Positions 1 through 13,544 of a DNA stretch of 64,000 nucleotides are shown in pieces. The notes beneath the pieces were generated by a model. The model was not told where the DNA came from. It saw only the letters and a program-made list of their open reading frames with translations, and did not search any database. A program made the translations under genes and the position numbers. The stretch's first letter is position 1. The number at the start of each line of letters is the position of its first letter. Origin of the DNA: Pecten maximus (Eukaryota); assembly GCF_902652985.1 (NCBI RefSeq), contig NC_047019.1, forward strand, positions 38,564,001 to 38,628,000, given 5' to 3'.

Positions 1-95
1 TTATTTGCTAAACCAATTATTGCCCATTTACAGGGCAAATATGCATGTCAGAAACTTGATAATATACACAGATTTACTAATTACTTGGAATCGGC

Positions 96-253
96 AAGGT
101 GTCGTCCAATAGTATTGACATCAGAGGACCACCAGGTAGAACAGGGTAATAAGGTGTCGTCCAATAGTATTGACATCAGAGGACCACCAGGTAGAACAGG
201 GTAATAAGGTGTCGTCCAATAGTATTGACATCAGAGGACCACCAGGTAGAACA
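96..253. repeat. 55-bp tandem repeat, ~2.9 copies
   Basis: AAGGTGTCGTCCAATAGTATTGACATCAGAGGACCACCAGGTAGAACAGGGTAAT starts at 96, 151 and 206. Confidence 0.95.
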
Positions 254-1111
254 CATCGAGTTGTTTTCCATGTTGTCATGACGACCCTTGTTGCAAATAC
301 ACCATGTTGTGGTTCTCACTTAATGTAACGCAAAACAAACCATAATAGTGATGGATTATTGTCAGGGAATGCTTAACATCATGTTCTGATACACGTAACA
401 ATATTAATTTTGTCGTCTTTTTAAATGGTCTTCTGAAAGTATTGGATCGATGCTTTTAAGACCTGTATATCTTTGACATGCTATCACTGTTTAGAAAACT
501 TTTTTTTAGATAAGAGCTGAGAAGGCGTAATGTGATAAAAAATGCGCGGGACTACTCATTGGAACATTGAATAGAATATCGTCTGTACTTATCTGATGTA
601 AACTGTGTATATGTGAATTTGTAGACATACGCGAACCTTGTTTTTATTATGCATTATATCAACTGTTTTTGTCCCGATTGACTCGGTAGTTTAGCTGATT
701 AACCAGCTGAGTGTGACATTTCTATAGATATATGCTGGTAAAACGGGCAGTACATCAACTTGGGTGGTGTATAGAATATGTTCTGTTTGTTATTTACGAA
801 TCGAATAATGAATTTTGCCTTTGGGGATTGTACAACATGATTATATTTTATTTAACCTTTATTTTCACTTAGAATATTATAGTGTTTCTCTCATCCTAAT
901 CTATTAGATATCTACCGAAGGGTTCATGTACTAGATTTTTTTATATTACATTTTTTTTCAGCTGTAACAATTTCGTATTCCAGGAAATGAAGTAGACGTA
1001 ATACGATTTCTCATTACTCGTGGGTTAGGTGTTCATACACTCGTCCTTTAAATGTTTCTTTTTTTTAAGTAAAATCTTTTTATTCAGGCAAAACATGTTT
1101 CTTTCCTTGTC

Positions 1112-1169
1112 TATCTTTACTGGATTAGTATCTTTACTGGATTAGTATCTTTACTGGATTACTATCTTT
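1112..1169. repeat. 17-bp tandem repeat, ~3.4 copies
   Basis: TATCTTTACTGGATTAG repeated. Confidence 0.9.
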
Positions 1170-1391
1170 TAACAGTTCAGTTATCTGGTTTTTCTTGCTA
1201 TTAAACACAATTTTACATCTTTAAAAATCAACTACGACGTACTTCGAGAATCATCTGCAGTCACAGAAATGAACAACAGAAGACAACTAAGGCTTCCATT
1301 CGTGAAAGGTACTTATCATATCTTACCAGTGAAATATAGATACATATGAATTCAAGAAAAAATGAATGGAATCTGAGAAATTCTTGGTAGA

Positions 1392-4300
1392 GTTATTGTT
1401 TGAATCCCGAGCCCGTGGTGTTGTTGTTTGGATTCCGAACTCGTAGGGTTGCTGTTTAAATTTCGAGCTCGTGGGGTTACTGTTTGGACTTCCGAACTCG
1501 TGGTGTTACTGTTTGGATTCCGAACTCGTGCTGTTACTGTTTAAATTCCGAACTCGTGGGGTTACTGTTTGGATTCCGAACTCGTGGGGTTACTGTTTGG
1601 ATTCCGAACTCGTGGTGTTACTGTTTAAATTCCAAACTCGTGGTGTTACTGTTTAAATTCCGAACTCGTGGGGTTACTGCTTGGATTCCGAACTCGTGGT
1701 GTTACTGTTTAAATTCCAAACTCGTGGTGTTACTGTTTGGATTCCGAACTCGTGTGGTTACTGTTTGGATTCCGAACTCGTCGGGTTACTGCTTTGATTC
1801 CGAACTCGTGGGGTTACTGCTTGGATTCCGAACTCGTGGGGTTACTGCTTTGATTCCGAACTCGTGGGGTTACTGTTTGGATTCCGAACTCGTGGCGTTA
1901 CTGTTTGGATTCCGAACTCGTGGGGTTACTGTGTGGATTCCGACCTCATGGTGTTACTGTTTAAATTCCGAATTCGTGGGGTTACTGCTTGGATTCCGAA
2001 CTCGCGGTATTACTGCTTGGATTCCGAACTCGTGGGGTTACTGCTTAGATTCCGAACTCGTGGGGTTACTGCTTGGATTCCGAACTCGTGGTATTACTGC
2101 TTGGATTCCGAACTCGTGGGGTTACTGTTTGGATTCCGAACTCGTGGGGTTACTGCTTGGATTCCGAACTCGTTTGGTTACTGCTTTGATTCCGAACTCG
2201 TGGGGTTACTGCTTGGATTCCGAACTCGTGGTGTTACTGTTTAAATTCCGAACTCGTGGGGTTACTGTTTGGATTCCGAACTCGTGGTGTTACTGTTTAA
2301 ATTCCGAACTCGTGGGGTTACTGCTTGGATTCCGAACTCGTGGTGTTACTGTTTGGATTCCGAACTCGTGGCGTTACTGCTTGGATTCCGAACTCGTGGG
2401 GTTACTGCTTGGATTCCGAACTCGTGGGGTTACTGTTTGGATTCCGACCTCGTGGTGTTACTGTTTGGATTCCGAACTCGTGGGGTTACTGTTTGGAGTC
2501 CGAACTCGTGTGGTTACTGTTTGGATTCCGAACTCGTGGGGTTACTGTTTGGATTCCGAACTCGTGGTGTTACTGTTTAAATTCCCGACTCGTGGGGTTA
2601 CTGTTTGGATTCTGGACTCGTGGTGTTACTGTTTAAATTCCGAAATCGTGGTGTTACTGTTTATATTCCGAACTCGTGGTGTTACTGTTTGGATTCCGAA
2701 CTCGTGGGGTTACTGTTTGGATTCCGAACTCGTGGTGTTACTGTTTAAATTCCGAAATCGTGGTGTTACTGTTTATATTCCGAACTCGTGGTGTTACTGT
2801 TTGGATTCCGAACTCGTGTGGTTACTGTTTGGATTCTGGACTCGTGGTGTTACTGTTTAAATTCCCGACTCGTGGGGTTACTGTTTAAATTTCCGACTCG
2901 TGGGGCTACTGTTTGGAGTCTGAACTCGTGGTGTTAGGCCGTTTGGATTCCGGACTCGTGGTGTTACTGTTTTTGGATTCCGAACTCGTGGGTTACTGTT
3001 TGGATTCCGAACTCGTGGGTTACTGTTTGATTCCGAACTCGTGGGGTTACTGCTTTGATTCCGAACTCGTGGGGGTTACTGTTTGATTCCGAACTCGTGG
3101 GGTTACTTGATTATCGTGGGGTACTGCGTTGATTCCGAACTCGTGGGGTTGATTCGAACTCGTGGGCTTTAAATTCCCGACTCGTGGGGTACTGTTTGGA
3201 TTCGGAACTCGTGGTTACTGTTTAAATTCCGAAATCGTGGTGTTACTTTTATTCCGAACGTGGTGTTACTGTTTGGATTCGCTGTGTGTTGGTTTGATGA
3301 CTCGTGGGTTACTGTTGGATTCGACTCGTGGTGTTACTGTTTAATTCCGACTCGTGGGTTACTGTTGGACTGACTGTGTGTAGTTGGATTCCGACTCGTG
3401 GTGTTACTGTTTAAATTCCGAACTGTGGGTACTGCTTGGATTCCGAACTCGTGGTGTACTGTTTATCCAAACTCGTGGTGTTTACTGTTTGGATTCCGAA
3501 CTCGTGTGGTTACTGTTTGGATTCCGAACTCGTGGGTTACTGCTTTGATTCCGAACTCGTGGGGTTACTGTTTGGATTCCGAACTCGTTGGGGTTACTGC
3601 TTGATTCCGAACTTCGTGGGTGTTACTGTGTTTGATTCCGAACTCGTGGGGTTACTGTTTGGATTCCGAACTCGTGGGTTACTGTTTGGATTCCGAACTC
3701 GTGGGGTTACTGTTGGATTCCGAACTCGTGGGTTACTGGTGGATTCCGAACTGTGGTTACTGTTGGATTACCGATTCGATGGGGTTTGTTTGGATTCCGA
3801 ACTCGTGGGGTTACTGTTGGATTCCGACCGTGGGTTACTGTAATTCGAACTCGTGGTTACGTTGGATCCGAACTCGCGTGTTACTGTTGGATTCCGAACT
3901 CGTGGGTTACTGTTGGTTCCGAACTCGTGGTTTTACTGCTTTGATTCCGAACTCGTGGGGTAACTTGCTTGGATTCCGAACTCGTGGTGTTACTGTTTAA
4001 ATTCCCGAGTACTGTTGGGTTACTGTTGGATTCCGAACTCGTGGTGGTTACTTGTTTAAATCTGGTAACTGTAGGGGTTACTGTTGGATTCCGAACTCGT
4101 GTGGTGTACTGTTTAATTCCGAACTCGTGGCTGTTACTGCTTGGATTCCGAACTGTGAGTTACGTGTGGTTCGAACTGTGGAGTTCGCTGGATACGAATC
4201 TGGGGAACTGTTGGATTCGGATCGGGGGTTTACTGTTTGGATTCCGACCTCGTGGTTACTGTTTGGATTCCGAACCGTTGTGGGATTGACTGTTGGGTCC

Positions 4301-7300
4301 GAACTCTGTGGTTAGACTGTTGATTCCGATCGTACTCGTGGGTTACTGTTTGGATTCCGAACTCGTGTTTTATACTGTTGGATTCCCGTGTGGGTTGTGT
4401 TGTTTGGATCGAATCGTGGTGTTTACTGTTGATTCCGAATCGTGGGTTACTGTTTTTTCCGAACTCGTGGGTTACTGTTGGATTCCGAACTCGGGTGTTA
4501 CTGTTTGTTTCCGAACCGTGGTGGGTTATGCTTGGAATCGAACTCGGGTATTACTGTTGGATGACTTGGGGTACTGCTTGATCGAACTCGTTTGGTACTG
4601 CTTTGATTCCGAACTCGTGGGGTTACTGCTTGGATTCCGAACTCGTGGTGTTACTGTTTAATTCCGAACTCGTGGGGTTACTGCTTGGATTCCGAACTCG
4701 TGGTGTTACTGTTTAAATTCCGAACTCGTGGGGTTACTGCTTGGATTCCGAACTCGTGGTGTTACTGTTTAAATTCCGAACTCGTGGGGTTACTGTTTGG
4801 ATTCCGAACTCGTGGTGTTACTGTTTAAATTCCGAACTCGTGGGGTTACTGCTTGGATTCCGAACTCGTGGTGTTACTGTTTGGATTCCGAACTCGTGGG
4901 GTTACTGCTTGGATTCCGAACTCGTGGGGTTACTGCTTGGATTCCGAACTCGTGGGGTTACTGTTTGGATTCCGACCTCGTGGTGTTACTGTTTGGATTC
5001 CGAACTCGTGGGGTTACTGTTTGGAGTCCGAACTCGTGTGGTTACTGTTTGGATTCCGAACTCGTGGGGTTACTGTTTGGATTCCGAACTCGTGGTGTTA
5101 CTGTTTAAATTCCCGACTCGTGGGGTTACTGTTTGGATTCTGGACTCGTGGTGTTACTGTTTAAATTCCGAAATCGTGGTGTTACTGTTTATATTCCGAA
5201 CTCGTGGTGTTACTGTTTGGATTCCGAACTCGTGGGGTTACTGTTTGGATTCCGAACTCGTGGTGTTACTGTTTAAATTCCGAACTCGTGGGGTTACTGG
5301 TTATATTCCGAACTCGTGGTGTTACTGTTTGGATTCCGAACTCGTGTGGTTACTGTTTGGATTCTGGACTCGTGGTGTTACTGTTTGGATTCTGGACTCG
5401 TGGTGTTACTGTTTAAATTCCCGACTCGTGGGGTTACTGTTTGGAGTCTGAACTCGTGGTGTTACCGTTTGGATTCCGGACTCGTGGTGTTACTGTTTAA
5501 ATTCCGAACTCGTGGGGTTACTGCTTGGATTCCGAACTCGTGGTGTTACTGTTTAAATTCCGAACTCGTGGGGTTACTGTTTGGATTCCGAACTCGTGGT
5601 GTTACTGTTTAAATTCCGAACTCGTGGGGTTACTGCTTGGATTCCGAACTCGTGGTGTTACTGTTTGGATTCCGAACTCGTGGGGTTACTGCTTGGATTC
5701 CGAACTCGTGGGGTTACAGCTTGGATTCCGAACTCGTGGGGTTACTGTTTGGATTCCGACCTCGTGGTGTTACTGTTTGGATTCCGAACTCGTGGGGTTA
5801 CTGTTTGGAGTCCGAACTCGTGTGGTTACTGTTTGGATTCCGAACTCGTGGGGTTACTGTTTGGATTCCGAACTCGTGGTGTTACTGTTTAAATTCCCGA
5901 CTCGTGGGGTAACTGTTTGGATTCTGGACTCGTGGTGTTACTGTTTAAATTCCGAAATCGTGGTGTTACTGTTTATATTCCGAACTCGTGGTGTTACTGT
6001 TTGGATTCCGAACTCGTGTGGTTACTGTTTGGATTCTGGACTCGTGGTGTTACTGTTTGGATTCTGGACTCGTGGTGTTACTGTTTAAATTCCCGACTCG
6101 TGGGGTTACTGTTTGGAGTCTGAACTCGTGGTGTTACCGTTTGGATTCCGGACTCGTGGGGTTACTGTTTAAATTCCGAACTCGTGGGGTTACTGTTGGA
6201 TTCCGAACTCGTGGTGTTTACTGTTTAAATTCCAACTCGTGGTGTTACTGTTTGGATTCCGAACCGTGTGGTTACTGTTTGGATTCCGAACTCGTCGGTT
6301 ACTGCTTTGATTCCGAACTCGTGGGGTTACTGTTTGGATTCCGAAATCGTACTGATTTTTTTTTTTTTGGATCCGAACTCGTGGGTTACTGCTTAGATTC
6401 CGAACTCGTGGGGTTACTGCTTTGGATTCCGAACTCGCGGTATTACTGTTTGATTCCGAACTCGTGGTGGTTTACTGCTTGATTCCGAACTCGTTTTGGT
6501 TTACTGCTTTTGATTGCCCGAACTCGTGGGGGTAACGAATGCTTGATTCCGAACTCGTGGTGTTACTGTTTTAAATTCCCGAACTCGTGGGGTTCGGTTA
6601 CTGCTTGGCATTCCGTAACTCGTGGTCTAGTTTGTGTTACTGTTTTAAATTCCGAACTCGTGGGGTTACTGTTTGGATTCCGAACTCGTGGTGTTACTGT
6701 TTAAATTCCGAACTCGTGGCGTTACTGCTTGGATTCCGAACTCGTGATGTTACTGTTTGGATTCCGAACTCGTGGGGTTACTGCTTGGATTCCGAACTCG
6801 TGGGGTTACTGCTTGGATTCCGAACTCGTGGGGTTACTGTTTGGATTCCGACCTCGTGGTGTTACTGTTTGGATTCCGAACTCGTGGGGTTACTGTTTGG
6901 AGTCCGAACTCGTGTGGTTACTGTTTGGATTCCGAACTCGTGGGGTTACTGTTTGGATTCCGAACTCGTGGTGTTACTGTTTAAATTCCCGACTCGTGGG
7001 GTTACTGTTTGGATTCTGGACTCGTGGTGTTACTGTTTAAATTCCGAAATCGTGGTGTTACTGTTTATATTCCGAACTCGTGGTGTTACTGTTTGGATTC
7101 CGAACTCGTGGGGTTACTGTTTGGATTCCGAACTCGTGGTGTTACTGTTTAAATTCCGAACTCGTGGTGTTACTGTTTGGATTCCGAACTCGTGGTGTTA
7201 CTGTTTGGATTCCGAACTCGTGTGGTTACTGTTTGGATTCTGGACTCGTGGTGTTACTGTTTGGATTCTGGACTCGTGGTGTTACTGTTTAAATTCCCGA

Positions 7301-10232
7301 CTCGTGGGGTTACTGTTTGGAGTCTGAACTCGTGGTGTTACCGTTTGGATTCCGGACTCGTGGTGTTACTGTTTAAATTCCGAACTCGTGGGGTTACTGT
7401 TTGGATTCCGAACTCGTGGTGTTACTGTTTAAATTCCAAACTCGTGGTGTTACTGTTTGGATTCCGAACTCGTGTGGTTACTGTTTGGATTCCGAACTCG
7501 TCGGGTTACTGCTTTGATTCCGAACTCGTGGGGTTACTGTTTGGATTCCGAACTCGTGGGGTTGCTGCTTGGATTCCGAACTCCTTGTGTTACTGCTTTG
7601 ATTCCGAACTCATGGGGTTACTGCTTTGATTCCGAACTCGTGGGGTTACTGTTTGGATTCCGAACTCGTGGCGTTACTGTTTGGATTCCGAACTCGTGGG
7701 GTTAGTGTTTGGATTCCGAACTCGTGGGGTTACTGTGTGGATTCCGAACTCATGGTGTTACTGTTTAAATTCCGAACTCGTGGGGTTACTGCTTGGATTC
7801 CGAACTCGCGGTATTACTGCTTGGATTCCGAACTCGTGGGGTTACTGCTTAGATTCCGAACTCGTGGCGTTACTGCTTGGATTCCGAACTCGCGGTATTA
7901 CTGTTTGGATTCCGAACTCGTGGGGTTACTGCTTGGATTCCGAACTCGTTTGGTTACTGCTTTGATTCCGAACTCGTGGGGTTACTGCTTGGATTCCGAA
8001 CTCGTGGTGTTACTGTTTAAATTCCGAACTCGTGGGGTTACTGCTTGGATTCCGAACTCGTGGTGTTACTGTTTAAATTCTGAACTCGTGGTGTTACTGT
8101 TTGGATTCCGAACTCGTGGGGTTACTGCTTGGATTCCGAACTCGTGGGGTTACTGCTTGGATTCCGAACTCGTGGGGTTACTGTTTGGATTCCGACCTCG
8201 TGGGGTTACTGTTTGGATTCCGAACTCGTGGGGTTACTGTTTGGATTCCGAACTCGTGTGGTTACTGTTTGGATTCCGAACTCGTGGGGTTACTGTTTGG
8301 ATTCCGAACTCGTGGTGTTACTGTTTAAATTCCCGACTCGTGGGGTTACTGTTTGGATTCTGGACTCGTGGTGTTACTGTTTAAATTCCGAAATCGTGGT
8401 GTTACTGTTTATATTCCGAACTCGTGGTGTTACTGTTTGGATTCCGAACTCGTGGGGTTACTGTTTGGATTCCGAACTCGTGGTGTTACTGTTTAAATTC
8501 CGAAATCGTGGTGTTACTGTTTATATTCCGAACTCGTGGTGTTACTGTTTGGATTCCGAACTCGTGTGGTTACTGTTTGGATTCTGGACTCGTGGTGTTA
8601 CTGTTTGGATTCTGGACTCGTGGTGTTACTGTTTAAATTCCCGACTCGTGGGGTTACTGTTTGGAGTCTGAACTCGTGGTGTTACCGTTTGGATTCCGGA
8701 CTCGTGGTGTTACTGTTTAAATTCCGAACTCGTGGGGTTACTGTTTGGATTCCGAACTCGTGGTGTTACTGTTTAAATTCCAAACTCGTGGTGTTACTGT
8801 TTGGATTCCGAACTCGTGTGGTTACTGTTTGGATTCCGAACTCGTCGGGTTACTGCTTTGATTCCGAACTCGTGGGGTTACTGTTTGGATTCCGAACTCG
8901 TGGGGTTGCTGCTTGGATTCCGAACTCCTTGTGTTACTGCTTTGATTCCGAACTCGTGGGGTTACTGCTTTGATTCCGAACTCGTGGGGTTACTGTTTGG
9001 ATTCCGAACTCGTGGCGTTACTGTTTGGATTCCGAACTCGTGGGGTTAGTGTTTGGATTCCGAACTCGTGGGGTTACTGTGTGGATTCCGAACTCATGGT
9101 GTTACTGTTTAAATTCCGAACTCGTGGGGTTACTGCTTGGATTCCGAACTCGCGGTATTACTGCTTGGATTCCGAACTCGTGGGGTTACTGCTTAGATTC
9201 CGAACTCGTGGCGTTACTGCTTGGATTCCGAACTCGCGGTATTACTGTTTGGATTCCGAACTCGTGGGGTTACTGCTTGGATTCCGAACTCGTTTGGTTA
9301 CTGCTTTGATTCCGAACTCGTGGGGTTACTGCTTGGATTCCGAACTCGTGGTGTTACTGTTTAAATTCCGAACTCGTGGGGTTACTGCTTGGATTCCGAA
9401 CTCGTGGTGTTACTGTTTAAATTCTGAACTCGTGGTGTTACTGTTTGGATTCCGAACTCGTGGGGTTACTGCTTGGATTCCGAACTCGTGGGGTTACTGC
9501 TTGGATTCCGAACTCGTGGGGTTACTGTTTGGATTCCGACCTCGTGGGGTTACTGTTTGGATTCCGAACTCGTGGGGTTACTGTTTGGATTCCGAACTCG
9601 TGTGGTTACTGTTTGGATTCCGAACTCGTGGGGTTACTGTTTGGATTCCGAACTCGTGGTGTTACTGTTTAAATTCCCGACTCGTGGGGTTGCTGTTTGG
9701 ATTCTGGACTCGTGGTGTTTCTGTTTAAATTCCGAAATCGTGGTGTTACTGTTTATATTCCGAACTCGTGGTGTTACTGTTTATATTCCGAACTCGTGGG
9801 GTTACTGTTTGGATTCCGAACTCGTGGTGTTACTGTTTAAATTCCGAAATCGTGGTGTTACTGTTTATATTCCGAACTCGTGGTGTTACTGTTTGGATTC
9901 CGAACTCGTGTGGTTACTGTTTGGATTCTGGACTCGTGGTGTTACTGTTTGGATTCTGGACTCGTGGTGTAACTGTTTAAATTCCCGACTCGTGGGGTTA
10001 CTGTTTGGAGTCTGAACTCGTGGTGTTACCGTTTGGATTCCGGACTCGTGGTGTTACTGTTTAAATTCCGAACTCGTGGGGTTACTGTTTGGATTCCGGA
10101 CTCGTGGTGTTACTGTTTGGATTCTGGACTCATGGTGTTACTGTTTAAATTCCAAACTCGTGGGATTGCTGTTTGGATTCCGAACTCGTGGTGTTACTGT
10201 TTAAATTCCGAACTCGTGGGGTTACTGTTTGG
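1392..10232. repeat. 28-bp satellite array (~8.8 kb, ~315 units) with higher-order repeats
   Basis: Consensus GTTACTGTTTGGATTCCGAACTCGTGGG. A diagnostic variant (GGAGTCTGAA) recurs at 2915, 5443, 6115, 7319, 8663 and 10007. Confidence 0.99.
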
Positions 10233-10542
10233 TACATGTATCATTCTCATTTGTTGTCCGATCGTGAAAGACGTTAAATTGTATTAGTCGTAAAATATAT
10301 GTGTTTTACTGAAGATATTGCTAAGTATCCTCTATACCTTACGGATAGCTCTCATTCCTTGTTGAATTTCAGTCCTTGTCTGCTGGTCTCCTGTTAATTT
10401 TAGCACGTTTTGACATGCTCTTTTGAAAAATGATATTTTTGTTTGTTTGATGATCCAGGACTATATAATATCCTACGTGAACATTAGTAAGAGTTACTAA
10501 GGCGATCGACTTGGGGATCAAGTAGAACAGGAAACACCATGT

Positions 10543-11191
10543 ATATCAACAGAACCATAAGAGATATCAACATAACCACTAAGTAGATCAACAGAACCAC
10601 CCGGTATATCAACGGAACCAACGGAACCACCAGGTTTATCAACAGAACCACCAGGTATATCAACATAACCACTGAGTAGATCAACAGAACCACCCGGTAT
10701 ATCAACGGAACCAACGGAACCACCAGGTTTATCAACAGAACCACCCGGTATATCAACATAACCACTGAGTAGATCAACAGAACCACCCGGTATATCAACA
10801 GAACCATTAGATATACATAATGTATCAACATAACCACTAAGTAGATCAACAGAACCACCCGGTATATCAACGGAACCAACGGAACCACCAAGTTTATCAA
10901 CAGAACCACCAGGTATATCAACATAACCACCAGGTATATCAACATAACCACCAGGTATATCAACATAACCACTAAGTAGATCAACATAACCACCAGGTAT
11001 ATCAACATAACCACTAAGTAGATCAACATAACCACCAGGTATATCAACATAACCACTTGGTATATCAACATAACCACCAGGTATATCAACATAACCACTA
11101 AGTAGATCAACAGAACCACCAGGTTTATCAACATGACCACTAAGTAGATCAACATAACCACTAAGTAGATCAACATAACCACCAGGTATAT
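10543..11191. repeat. 21-bp minisatellite with triplet-phased variants
   Basis: Units ATATCAACA(G/T)AACCACC(A/C)GGT and AGATCAACATAACCACTAAGT, with some 9-bp insertions (ACGGAACCA). Confidence 0.93.
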
Positions 11192-11404
11192 CTAGATTAA
11201 TTGATTCAAGCACTCCTGACTTCAGCGCACAAGACAATAGAATATATCACGAAGTGATGATGATATAAACTATAAAACTTTCTAAACGATTGTCATTATC
11301 TTGCATCCCTCCAACACAAGGGTTGCTGGAATTTCCTTCAGTAGTCAACATACATCACGGACATGCTCTTTCGTATCGAATCATCTGGAATATGTATTAA
11401 TTTT

Positions 11405-11640
11405 GTTAAAAAGATCTTTTTGATGTTGAATTTAACGTAAAATGTTTTTGACTTTGATGTTGACATACAATGGTTTTTCACGCTGAAATTGACATAAATC
11501 TTTTTGACGTTGTCAGTTGACGTAAACATCTTTTTGACGTTGTCAGTTGATGTTAAAATCTTTTTGATGTTGTAGTTGACATAAAAAAAATGATGCTGAA
11601 GTCGACGTGGAGATCTATTTGACGTTGTAGTTAACGTAAA
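11405..11640. repeat. Degenerate ~29-30-bp tandem repeat
   Basis: About 8 ATCTTTTTGACGTTGTCAGTTGACGTAAA-like units. Confidence 0.75.
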
Positions 11641-12332
11641 ATAAAATAAATAAAATGTTGTTAATAAGAATTACCTTCCAGTTTTATGTTGTGTCGCGAT
11701 GCATTTCATGCCGAGTTATTATTGTAAACATTGATCATTACAATATGGGATTGATACACGATAGTCCTCCCATATGTTCACCAGTATTTATAACACTCAC
11801 TAAACAGTTTATCTGGTAGATTGTCTTGTTTACTATCACGCAATCCTACCATCGATTGAGCTCTCATGTTTTCTTCTCCTTTTAGTATTTCACCATAGGA
11901 AGCAGTGCCTGCCCTAGGCCGCCCAGTAATGTGATATATTTCTCACAGTAAGTACGAGTGATTTTCGTTTCTTTTCCTCGATACAATGATTTGGTGATAG
12001 GAAGAGTAGAATGGGATATATTACCAGTTTGGCGAAACCCCCAGGGGACTGATGCACTTGCTATCTAGATCTTCATTGAGAGATTTATTTTTGGGTTTGG
12101 TTTGACATTTTCAGACTAACGTCACTGATACGATTTGTTATTGATAGGTATTTTAAAGTGTCCCCAGACATATATTTTATGTGCCTTTCATCACTATTCA
12201 CTGTAAAGTACGTTATTTGCTCAAAAATGGCTTACGATTTAAAAGTACATCACTGCAACGTTTCCCGTATGCTTTAGCGGCTCGAAAAAGATATTTAATG
12301 TCAAAGATAGAAGTACTGATCAAAATACAAAA

Positions 12333-12381
12333 TGTCTGTCTGTGTGTCTGTGTGTGTGTCTGTGTGTCTGTCTGTCTGTCT
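12333..12381. repeat. (TG)n/(TGTC)n microsatellite
   Basis: tgtctgtctgtgtgtctgtgtgtgtgtctgtgtgtctgtctgtctgtct. Confidence 0.9.
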
Positions 12382-13329
12382 TAGATTTTTAAAAGCTTTT
12401 GAAACACTTGAGACGAAATTCATGTTTGATGGTTTGAAAAATTCGTTTTTGGGGCGTCATTTGTTATGTGTGAAGAACAATAATTGAGTAACCGGAAGTT
12501 AAAATATGCCACGTGGTATAAGGCAAAGGTGTCCTCTCTCTTGTTTATTGTTTGACGTAGCTGCGTAACTTTTGACGTGTAAATTATGTAATTTACATGT
12601 CCACGGTGTTAAAAAAAATAAAAGAAAATTGTAAATGATATCTGAGCTAGCTGATGACACGACTTTGTTAATGGGGTACAAGGGTGTTAAAAAGGCGTCA
12701 ATAAGAGTTTGGAGAAGTGTCCGGTTTGAAATAAATAAACAACAGGGGTTTTTGTCGGCGAGAATAAAATTAAAGACAATGGTTATGCGGGTAGATAATG
12801 AGTAAAGATGGCGAAATCTCTTGGTGTGAATTTGGTGCAAACAGTAAAACATGCTCCAATCTTTGTTGGAAAGAAAACAATACATATATTGATATATTAT
12901 TCAAAGACTTGAAAAATAGGAAACTGACAAGTAAATCGATCCTCATCCAAAATTTAATAATACCAAGGATAACGTTTTTGTAAATGCAATTGGATTAGAT
13001 AACGATACCAAAACGATCTTATGAATAGTACGCCTGGTAGAGTAAATGTAATGTAATGATTTGTGACTATGAAGAGGGCGTGTTATAATTAGAGACATTG
13101 TTAATGTTATACGCATTTCATGGATTAAGTGACTACTAAATGAAGATGAAGCCAACTGCCTCACACTTTTATTTTGATTTGATTGAAAAATATATTCAAA
13201 CTGAACACAGGTTCTACAAAACTTGAAAAAGAAACACGAATTAGTCCGCTTCTTTTTTAATGTATAAAGTTCATGGTACACAATACAGTCTGATGATATT
13301 GTAAAGAAACACAGCCATCGTGGGGCCTG

Positions 13330-13490
13330 GTCCAAGATATCTGGGAAAACCAATTTCCTTCCGCCAAGATCCACTCGTATCTCCCAGTCTTCTAAAACTC
13401 TAAGAATCTCTAGGTTGGTATTCATTGCTGTTTCCGATGGCGTCTGTCCCTCTCTGAGTAATCGGATGAATGTTGAGGCTACACAAGGGT
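13330..13490 (-). mobile_element. Fragment of an REL-endonuclease non-LTR retrotransposon (HERO/NeSL-like), region just before the endonuclease
   Basis: The minus ORF contains FIRLLREGQ...ILRVLEDWEIRVDLGGRKLVFPDIL. This resembles the recalled motif F.REG...IL..A.DWE.RVDL.RKLVFP that precedes RPD..LWS in HERO-clade elements. The RPD catalytic part is missing. Confidence 0.65.
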
Positions 13491-13544
13491 GTTCTGTATA
13501 GAAACCACACAGTAGATAGTCATTCCCAAGGTATATAGGGAGAA

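Noticed and set aside
1392-10232. CRISPR-like appearance (28-bp repeats beginning GTT)
   Set aside because: Units are head-to-tail with no unique spacers, there are no cas genes, and the context is eukaryotic.
1471-10287. Dozens of ORFs with FRTRGVTVWIPNSW/LDSELVGLLFG repeats
   Set aside because: They are translations of the 28-bp satellite. The same peptide cycles through all three frames because 28 is not a multiple of 3.
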